Positions 1-4,844 of a stretch of 6,879 nucleotides of DNA are shown here, in pieces; positions within the stretch are counted from its first letter, which is position 1; each line of letters opens with the position of its first letter. Under the pieces are notes generated by a model that searched no databases, had not been told where the DNA came from, and saw nothing but the letters and a program-made list of their open reading frames with translations. Origin of the DNA: a virus (Duplodnaviria; Heunggongvirae; Uroviricota; Caudoviricetes); IMG/VR virus record IMGVR_UViG_2681813233_000006; one strand, 5' to 3'. Position numbers and translations under genes: made by a program.

Positions 1-14
1 TGGTTTGGGAGAAG
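1..14. repeat. Inner arm of the left inverted repeat / left crossover site of the invertible segment (truncated by the window edge)
   Basis: Positions 1-14 (TGGTTTGGGAGAAG) are the exact reverse complement of 1865-1878 (CTTCTCCCAAACCA). The match stops at position 15 versus 1864. Confidence 0.7.
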
Positions 15-391
15 CGGCAACGAGGAACGTCGGAACGGGTACCGGCCAAGTACCAGATATGAGTAGTTTTACAACGGGGCACTCTGGAGCAGCAGACTGG
101 CCGATTCCTAAATCTGGATGGAGTAAGGGGCCGGATGGGGTAATTACACAATGGGGTATTTTCGGTTTCCCCGTTGGACAGACAGGGACGAATGTTGTTT
201 TCCCGCTACCTTTCCCCGCGCGGGTCGAATCAATTACACTGACAATAGCAGATATCCAGGAGTCTCTGCTTTCTCCAACAACCATGCCTGCTTATGGAGT
301 TAACTCAACTGGTACTTCAAGAACGGGTTTTACAGCCCGTATGTCAGGCGTCGGTGGGTTTAATCTTTGCTATATAGCGAAAGGGAGATAA
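1..391 (+). CDS. Tail-fibre protein, C-terminal variable (receptor-binding) segment, Sv-like; 5'-partial. The ORF is open to the window edge in this frame; the track's start at position 5 is a TTG, not a real start.
   Basis: Frame is open from position 2 (GGT TTG GGA GAA...) to the TAA at 389-391. Gly/Thr/Ser-rich translation typical of fibre tips. It is followed 4 bp later by a tail-fibre assembly gene with its own Shine-Dalgarno, and it starts inside the inverted repeat that defines the invertible segment. Confidence 0.75.
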   Translation, partial: GLGEAATRNVGTGTGQVPDMSSFTTGHSGAADWPIPKSGWSKGPDGVITQWGIFGFPVGQTGTNVVFPLPFPARVESITLTIADIQESLLSPTTMPAYGVNSTGTSRTGFTARMSGVGGFNLCYIAKGR

Positions 392-395
392 CAGA

Positions 396-839
396 ATGAA
401 TAAAGTTAAAAGTGTTTACAGCCCGTCCGAAAATGCAATCTACAACGCAGCGCTATATGAAAGTTATATCAAGGAGGGGACATGGCCGCAGGATGGTATT
501 GAAATCAGCGATGAGGATGCTGTCAGATTTAATGGGGGAAATAAGCCAACAGGAAAAATGCTGGGAATGGTTTCAGGGACCCTTGCATGGGTTGATGAGC
601 CGCCGCTTTCACCAGAACAGAAAATATCAGATGCAGAAAACATGAAAGCCACATTTCGTGCAAAAGCTGACAGTGAAATATCCTGGCGTCAGGATGCTGT
701 TGATGCTGGTATCGCAACTGATGAAGAAACTTCAACTCTCACCCAATGGAAGAAATACCGTGTGCTGCTGATGCGTGTTGATACGTCAACAGCACCCGAT
801 ATTGAATGGCCTACGCCTCCGGCAGCTCAGGCCAGATGA
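396..839 (+). CDS. Tail-fibre assembly protein (Mu U / P2 G / Tfa family chaperone), 147 aa
   Basis: Shine-Dalgarno AAGGGAG at 381-387. C-terminus ...WKKYRVLLMRVDTSTAPDIEWPT... carries the conserved tail-fibre-assembly C-terminal motif (as I recall it from E. coli TfaE-type proteins). Positioned directly after the fibre tip. Confidence 0.85.
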   Translation: MNKVKSVYSPSENAIYNAALYESYIKEGTWPQDGIEISDEDAVRFNGGNKPTGKMLGMVSGTLAWVDEPPLSPEQKISDAENMKATFRAKADSEISWRQDAVDAGIATDEETSTLTQWKKYRVLLMRVDTSTAPDIEWPTPPAAQAR

Positions 840-1413
840 CATCAGGCGCGGTGCTGGTATCTGTTGCCGTCACCGCGTCAATGTAATCCAGCACGACGTT
901 AAGTCGGGTTGTTTCTGCCGGCGTCAACTTCCGTCCGGCCTGTAATTTCAACTGAATCAGACTAATGGAAGCTATTGCAGTATCCATCAGCGACTGGCGC
1001 TGTGCTTCTGCTGCATCTACTGCGGCGCTATGCTGTGCCTCGGTATCCGTCACCCATTTCTCACCATCCCATTTATCGTATGGCGTTAACGGGGCTATAG
1101 TGGTTGTATTTTCAGGGTAATCACCCGGAGTTGTGATTTCTTTGGCGTCTCCCGTTTCGGTGTTATAGACGATTTCACCGCGATGGTCTGGCACATATTC
1201 CCATGAGTTTAAATCTGCCGAACGGCAGATTGCATAACCAGCCTTATGTATACCAGGTTCATCCAGACAGGAATATGCCGGGATACCAACACCAACGGCA
1301 AGATATTCATTTGAAGTGGAAATATATTCCCGAGTTTCACCATCATAGCTATAGACGGTAATATTCCCCGCCTTCGTGGCAATAAGCTCGCTATTTAATA
1401 CAGCGTTATCCAT
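811..1413 (-). CDS. Alternative tail-fibre assembly protein (U'/Tfa'-like), 200 aa, partner of Sv'
   Basis: C-terminus ...DTSTAPDVIWPELPEA has the same conserved Tfa motif. Its start codon overlaps the stop of the upstream minus-strand fibre-tip ORF at 1411-1415. Convergent with the + strand Tfa, overlapping it by 29 bp. Confidence 0.8.
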   Translation of the reverse strand: MDNAVLNSELIATKAGNITVYSYDGETREYISTSNEYLAVGVGIPAYSCLDEPGIHKAGYAICRSADLNSWEYVPDHRGEIVYNTETGDAKEITTPGDYPENTTTIAPLTPYDKWDGEKWVTDTEAQHSAAVDAAEAQRQSLMDTAIASISLIQLKLQAGRKLTPAETTRLNVVLDYIDAVTATDTSTAPDVIWPELPEA

Positions 1414-1919
1414 TATGCAGCCCTCACGATAAAGTTAAATGCAATATTTCGCGCACGTGTTTCCGTTGATGTTCTGGCAACACGTGATGCATCAAAATAA
1501 TAATTCGCCTGTTTATATGTACCACCTGTCGCAATTGATGCGAGATTTGGTGTCAATGTTAAAGAGGCAAATGCGCCGACAGTATTATTATTTGGCCCCG
1601 TGGTCATATCCAAAAAGCTACCTGTAATATTTTGCAGCGTATCGCTCTGAGCACTCAATAACGCTCGCCCACTGTCCACTCCACGCCCATCATCCCAGCC
1701 ACGAATAAACTCACCACGTAAATCAGGCAATTTATTTGTCGGGTAAGCCTTTGCCAGCTCCGGGTATTCTTCAGCAGAAAAAGCTGCACCATTGCATTTC
1801 AACCAGCCTGTCGGTGGTGTAGCTGAAGGCCACGGAACAGGCACACCAACCGGTAATGCAGAGCCTTCTCCCAAACCAACGTTTAAGAAAATGCAGCGAT
1901 TACGACTAACTGGCATCAT
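1413..1919 (-). CDS. Alternative tail-fibre C-terminal variable segment (Sv'-like) with a phage tail-collar-like motif; silent in this orientation. The part inside the invertible segment is about 1413-1879; the ATG at 1919 is probably not a real start.
   Basis: Translation contains GWLKCNGAAFSAEEYPELAKAY, which resembles the tail-collar domain of Mu S / P2 H-type fibres. The reading frame continues across the right inverted repeat, as required for fusion to the constant fibre part after inversion. Confidence 0.7.
   Translation of the reverse strand: MMPVSRNRCIFLNVGLGEGSALPVGVPVPWPSATPPTGWLKCNGAAFSAEEYPELAKAYPTNKLPDLRGEFIRGWDDGRGVDSGRALLSAQSDTLQNITGSFLDMTTGPNNNTVGAFASLTLTPNLASIATGGTYKQANYYFDASRVARTSTETRARNIAFNFIVRAA
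1866..1891. other. Right crossover site (hix/gix/cix/pix-like 26-bp site with AA core at 1878-1879)
   Basis: TTCTCCCAAACC-AA-CGTTTAAGAAAA has the two imperfect inverted half-sites AAACC...GTTT around a 2-bp core. By my recollection it matches hixL (TTCTTGAAAACCAAGGTTTTTGATAA) at about 19 of 26 positions. The inner half-site coincides with the 14-bp inverted repeat. Confidence 0.65.
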
Positions 1920-1946
1920 CCCCGGTTTTTATTCAGGGAGATGATC

Positions 1947-2513
1947 ATGCTTATTGGCTATGTACGCGTGTCAACAAATGACCAGAACACCGATTTGCAA
2001 CGTAGTGCGCTGAACTGCGCGGGATGTGAGCAGATTTTTGAGGACAAAATCAGTGGCACTAAGTCCGACAGACCGGGGCTGAAAAAACTACTCAGGACAC
2101 TATCGGCAGGAGACACGCTGGTTGTCTGGAAGCTGGACAGGTTGGGGCGCAGTATGCGGCATCTTGTTACGCTGATAGAAGAGTTGCGCCAGCGTGGTGT
2201 GAATTTCAGAAGCCTGACTGACAGTATTGATACCAGTACCCCAATGGGCCGTTTCTTTTTTCATGTCATGGGTGCCCTGGCTGAAATGGAACGCGAACTG
2301 ATAGTTGAACGTACCAGGGCAGGGCTGGCTGCAGCTCGTGCCAAAGGCAGAGTAGGTGGACGCCGTCCTAAGTTGACCACCGAACAGTGGGCACAGATTG
2401 GGCGTTTACTCGAGGCCGGAGAATCAAGACAGCGTATTGCACTGATTTTTGATGTAGGCGTTTCTACCATTTATAGAAAATTTCCGGCAAATAAGATCAA
2501 TGAATCCCCCTGA
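1947..2513 (+). CDS. Serine DNA invertase, Gin/Pin/Cin/Hin family (resolvase-type catalytic domain plus C-terminal helix-turn-helix)
   Basis: Translation MLIGYVRVSTNDQNTDLQR...LVVWKLDRLGRSM...SPMGRFFFHVMGALAEMERELIVERT...GRVGGRRPKL...STIYRKF is near-identical in its conserved blocks to Gin/Hin/Pin as I recall them. The track ORF starts at 1941 (MIM...), but the Shine-Dalgarno AGGGAG at 1935-1940 abuts that ATG and lies 6 nt before the ATG at 1947, which gives the canonical MLIGY N-terminus. Confidence 0.93.
   Translation: MLIGYVRVSTNDQNTDLQRSALNCAGCEQIFEDKISGTKSDRPGLKKLLRTLSAGDTLVVWKLDRLGRSMRHLVTLIEELRQRGVNFRSLTDSIDTSTPMGRFFFHVMGALAEMERELIVERTRAGLAAARAKGRVGGRRPKLTTEQWAQIGRLLEAGESRQRIALIFDVGVSTIYRKFPANKINESP
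1965..2045. promoter_or_regulatory. Probable Fis-dependent recombinational enhancer inside the 5' coding region of the invertase gene
   Basis: In Hin/Gin/Cin systems the enhancer lies within the first 60-170 bp of the invertase ORF, about 100-165 bp from the adjacent crossover site. This stretch (GTGTCAACAAATGACC...GATTTGCAACGTAGTGCGCT...) is in that position and resembles my memory of the hin enhancer. Exact Fis sites are not asserted. Confidence 0.4.
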
Positions 2514-2561
2514 ATCAGCATTATGTTGATTATCCCTGCAAGCAGACAAATACCGTTATTT

Positions 2562-2579
2562 TGTGTGAATAACGACACA
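2562..2579 (+). promoter_or_regulatory. P2-type late-promoter activator site (Ogr/Delta-class dyad TGT-N12-ACA) upstream of the sheath gene
   Basis: TGTgtgaataacgacACA at 2562-2579 sits in the 142-bp intergenic region. Its centre is about 85 bp before the FI ATG, compatible with a -55-centred activator site and a short leader. The -10 element is not clearly identifiable. Confidence 0.5.
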
Positions 2580-2655
2580 ACTGCGCTTAGCTGTTTGTCA
2601 GGCACAATCACTTCAACATAGGGCGAAGCCTAATCCAATCAGGAGGTTCGCCACT

Positions 2656-3828
2656 ATGGCTCAGGATTACCACCACGGGGTGCGCGTTGTTGAAGTCAAC
2701 GAAGGCACCCGATCTATTACCACGGTGAGCACCGCCATCGTGGGTATGGTCTGCACGGGCGATGATGCCGATGCAAAAATGTTTCCTCTTAATAAACCCG
2801 TGCTGATCACTGATGTGCTGACTGCCAGCGGTAAAGCGGGTGAGTCCGGTACTCTGGCCCGTTCGCTGGATGCCATCGCTGACCAGGCAAAACCCGTGAC
2901 CATTGTTGTGCGTGTGCCGCAGGGTGAAACGGAAGACGAAACCACGACCAATATCATCGGCGCAGTGACTGCTGAAGGTAAAAAAACAGGTATGAAAGCC
3001 CTGTTATCTGCCCAGTCACAGCTCGGCGTTAAACCGCGCATTCTCGGCGTGCCAGGCCACGACACCAAGGCGGTAGCTACTGAGTTGCTGAGCGTGGCGC
3101 AAAGCCTGCGTGGATTTGCTTACCTGTCAGCGTATGGCTGCAAGACAGTGCAGGAGGCGATCACTTACCGCGAAAACTTCAGCCAGCGCGAAGGGATGCT
3201 GATCTGGCCTGACTTTACTGGTTGGGACACGGTGCTGAATGCCGAAGCAACGGCATATGCCACCGCCCGTGCGCTTGGTCTGCGCGCCAAAATTGACGAG
3301 CAGACCGGATGGCACAAAAGCCTGTCCAACGTGGGCGTGAACGGTGTCACCGGAATTTCTGCAGATGTGTTCTGGGATCTGCAGGACCCGGCAACCGATG
3401 CAGGTCTGCTGAACCAGAACGACGTCACCACGCTTGTGCGTAAAGACGGTTTCCGCTTCTGGGGTTCCCGCTGCCTGAGTGATGACCCGCTCTTTGCCTT
3501 CGAAAACTACACCCGCACGGCGCAGGTGCTGATGGACACGATGGCAGAAGCACACATGTGGGCGGTGGATAAACCGCTTAACCCGTCGCTGGCCCGCGAC
3601 ATTATCGAAGGTATCCGCGCCAAAATGCGCAGCCTGGTCAGTCAGGGCTATCTCATTGGTGGTGATTGCTGGCTGGATGAGTCGGTGAACGACAAAGACA
3701 CGCTGAAAGCCGGAAAACTCACCATCGACTACGACTACACGCCAGTGCCGCCACTTGAAAACCTGATGCTGCGTCAGCGCATCACCGATCAGTACCTGGT
3801 GAATTTCGCCAGCCAGGTCAGCGCGTAA
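2656..3828 (+). CDS. FI: Contractile tail sheath protein (P2 gpFI family), 390 aa
   Basis: Shine-Dalgarno AGGAGG at 2641-2646. Translation [19 protein letters not shown]...[14 protein letters not shown]...GFRFWG...[16 protein letters not shown]...[13 protein letters not shown]...RQRITD matches P2 FI sheath proteins along its full length, as recalled. Confidence 0.95.
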   Translation: MAQDYHHGVRVVEVNEGTRSITTVSTAIVGMVCTGDDADAKMFPLNKPVLITDVLTASGKAGESGTLARSLDAIADQAKPVTIVVRVPQGETEDETTTNIIGAVTAEGKKTGMKALLSAQSQLGVKPRILGVPGHDTKAVATELLSVAQSLRGFAYLSAYGCKTVQEAITYRENFSQREGMLIWPDFTGWDTVLNAEATAYATARALGLRAKIDEQTGWHKSLSNVGVNGVTGISADVFWDLQDPATDAGLLNQNDVTTLVRKDGFRFWGSRCLSDDPLFAFENYTRTAQVLMDTMAEAHMWAVDKPLNPSLARDIIEGIRAKMRSLVSQGYLIGGDCWLDESVNDKDTLKAGKLTIDYDYTPVPPLENLMLRQRITDQYLVNFASQVSA

Positions 3829-3837
3829 GGGGACAAC

Positions 3838-4353
3838 ATGGCTTTACCACGCAAATTAAAACACCTGAACCTGTTTAACGACGGGAACAACTGGCAGGGG
3901 ATCGTTGAGTCGCTGACGCTGCCGAAATTTACCCGCAAATATGAGAAGTATCGCGGCGGCGGAATGCCGGGTGCGGTGGATGTGGATCTGGGGCTTGATG
4001 ACAGTGCGCTGGACACAGAATTTTCCATTGGTGGTACTGAATTGCTGCTGTTTAAACAGATGGGTAAAGCCACGGTGGATGGCATCCAGCTGCGCTTTAC
4101 CGGCTCTATTCAGCGTGACGATACCGGGGAAGTGCAGGCCGTGGAGCTTGTCGTGCGTGGACGTCACAAAGAAGTGGATTCCGGCGAGTGGAAGACGGGC
4201 GAAAGCAACACCACCAAAGTGACCAGTACCAACAGCTACGCGAAGCTGACCATCAATGGTGAGGTGCTCTATGAAGTGGACCTTATCAACATGGTGGAAA
4301 TTGTGGACGGTGTGGACCTGATGGAAGCGCACCGCAACGCCCTCGGCCTCTGA
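3838..4353 (+). CDS. FII: Tail tube protein (P2 gpFII family), 171 aa
   Basis: Starts 10 bp after the FI stop with a Shine-Dalgarno AAGGGGA. Size and position are identical to P2 FII. Translation MALPRKLKHLNLFNDGNNWQG... is typical of myovirus tube proteins. Confidence 0.92.
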   Translation: MALPRKLKHLNLFNDGNNWQGIVESLTLPKFTRKYEKYRGGGMPGAVDVDLGLDDSALDTEFSIGGTELLLFKQMGKATVDGIQLRFTGSIQRDDTGEVQAVELVVRGRHKEVDSGEWKTGESNTTKVTSTNSYAKLTINGEVLYEVDLINMVEIVDGVDLMEAHRNALGL

Positions 4354-4364
4354 TATATCTGAAC

Positions 4365-4382
4365 GGCGCGGGATACCGCGCC
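4365..4382 (+). other. GC-rich stem-loop (7-bp perfect stem GGCGCGG/CCGCGCC, 4-nt loop GATA) between FII and E; no downstream U-tract
   Basis: Read directly from the sequence, 12 bp after the FII stop and 26 bp before the E start. Confidence 0.4.
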
Positions 4383-4407
4383 AGAACCCAATTGACAGGA
4401 CAGCAAA

Positions 4408-4710
4408 ATGAGCGATAAGCAGACTGAAAAGACCATTCAACTGGATACCCCCATCAAGCGCGGTAAAACAGAAATCACCGAAATTGTGCTGCGTAAACCG
4501 CAGTCCGGTGCGCTGCGCGGTACACGCCTGCAGGCCATTATGGATATGGATGTAAACGCGATGATGATCGTGATCCCCCGCATCTCCAGTCCGGCACTGA
4601 CTGCACAGGAAATTGCTGAGATGGACCCGGCAGATCTCACTGCCATGTCGGTTGAGGTTGTCACTTTTTTGTTGAAGAAGTCGGTGCTTGCCGGTTTACC
4701 GACAGCCTGA
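4408..4710 (+). CDS. E: Tail assembly chaperone gpE (lambda gpG analogue), 100 aa, zero-frame product
   Basis: Located between the tube and tape-measure genes. Contains the slippery heptamer T_TTT_TTG near its 3' end. Confidence 0.85.
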   Translation: MSDKQTEKTIQLDTPIKRGKTEITEIVLRKPQSGALRGTRLQAIMDMDVNAMMIVIPRISSPALTAQEIAEMDPADLTAMSVEVVTFLLKKSVLAGLPTA

Positions 4711-4844
4711 CGGTTGACGATCTGGTGGCAGATATCGCCACCATTTTTCACTGGCCGCCATCCGTTACTGACGTTATGCCGCTGACCGAAGTGCTGGAAT
4801 GGCGGTATAAAGCGATTCAGAGAAGCGGGGCCAACGATGAGTGA
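4408..4844 (+). CDS. E': gpE+E' tail assembly chaperone made by a programmed -1 ribosomal frameshift at 4665-4671 (joined as 4408..4671 then 4671..4844)
   Basis: The heptamer TTTTTTG at 4665-4671 is in X_XXY_YYZ register with the E frame. The -1 frame is open from there to the TGA at 4842-4844, which overlaps the tape-measure ATG at 4837 (ATGAGTGA). The lambda G/GT and P2 E/E' arrangement is conserved in this position. Confidence 0.75.
4665..4671 (+). other. Slippery heptanucleotide T_TTT_TTG for the E/E' -1 frameshift
   Basis: Codon register checked by hand against the E start at 4408 (ACT TTT TTG in zero frame). Confidence 0.7.

Larger units (their letters stand above)
1..1879. other. Site-specific invertible DNA segment (Mu G-segment / P1 C-segment / e14 P-region type) carrying two alternative fibre-tip plus chaperone cassettes in opposite orientation
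   Basis: Inverted repeats at 1-14 and 1865-1878; convergent gene pairs Sv-Tfa (+) and Tfa'-Sv' (-); serine invertase gene immediately outside the right repeat. Confidence 0.75.

Noticed and set aside
268-290. Possible third crossover site (TTTCTCCAACAACCATGC), which would make this a multi-site shufflon-like system
   Set aside because: Only the first 6 bases match the right-hand site. It lacks the AAACC...GTTT half-site symmetry and a 2-bp core context, so it is most likely a chance match. The system looks like a simple two-site inversion.
412-735. Small ORFs 412..645 (+), 464..652 (-) and 529..735 (-) inside the + strand tfa gene
   Set aside because: Alternative-frame or antisense ORFs within a well-supported Tfa coding sequence.
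1439-1627. + strand ORF 1439..1627 (62 aa)
   Set aside because: Antisense to the Sv' fibre-tip ORF; AT-rich, Tyr/Met-rich nonsense translation.
1880-1946. Sigma-70 promoter for the invertase between the crossover site and the invertase start
   Set aside because: I could not find a convincing -35/-10 pair with proper spacing by eye (TTTAAG ... TAACTG is weak). A promoter is expected here, but I will not assign coordinates without a scan.
2261-2470. Minus-strand ORF 2261..2470 (69 aa)
   Set aside because: Antisense to the invertase gene; shadow ORF.
2667-3555. Minus-strand ORFs 2667..3068, 3127..3555 and 3165..3431
   Set aside because: Embedded antisense within the tail sheath gene FI, whose + strand translation is an unmistakable sheath protein; shadow ORFs.
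4365-4395. Stem-loop after FII as a rho-independent terminator
   Set aside because: The stem is strong, but the downstream sequence (AGAACCCAATTGACAGG) has no U-tract, so a canonical intrinsic terminator call is not supported. I kept it only as a structural element of unknown function.
3789-4440. ORFs 3789..4085 (-), 3856..4440 (-, 194 aa) and 3941..4222 (+)
   Set aside because: They overlap the tail tube gene FII on the opposite strand or in another frame. Translations are His/Arg/Val-rich nonsense with no start context. The 194-aa one would also run across the FII-E intergenic hairpin and into the E start.
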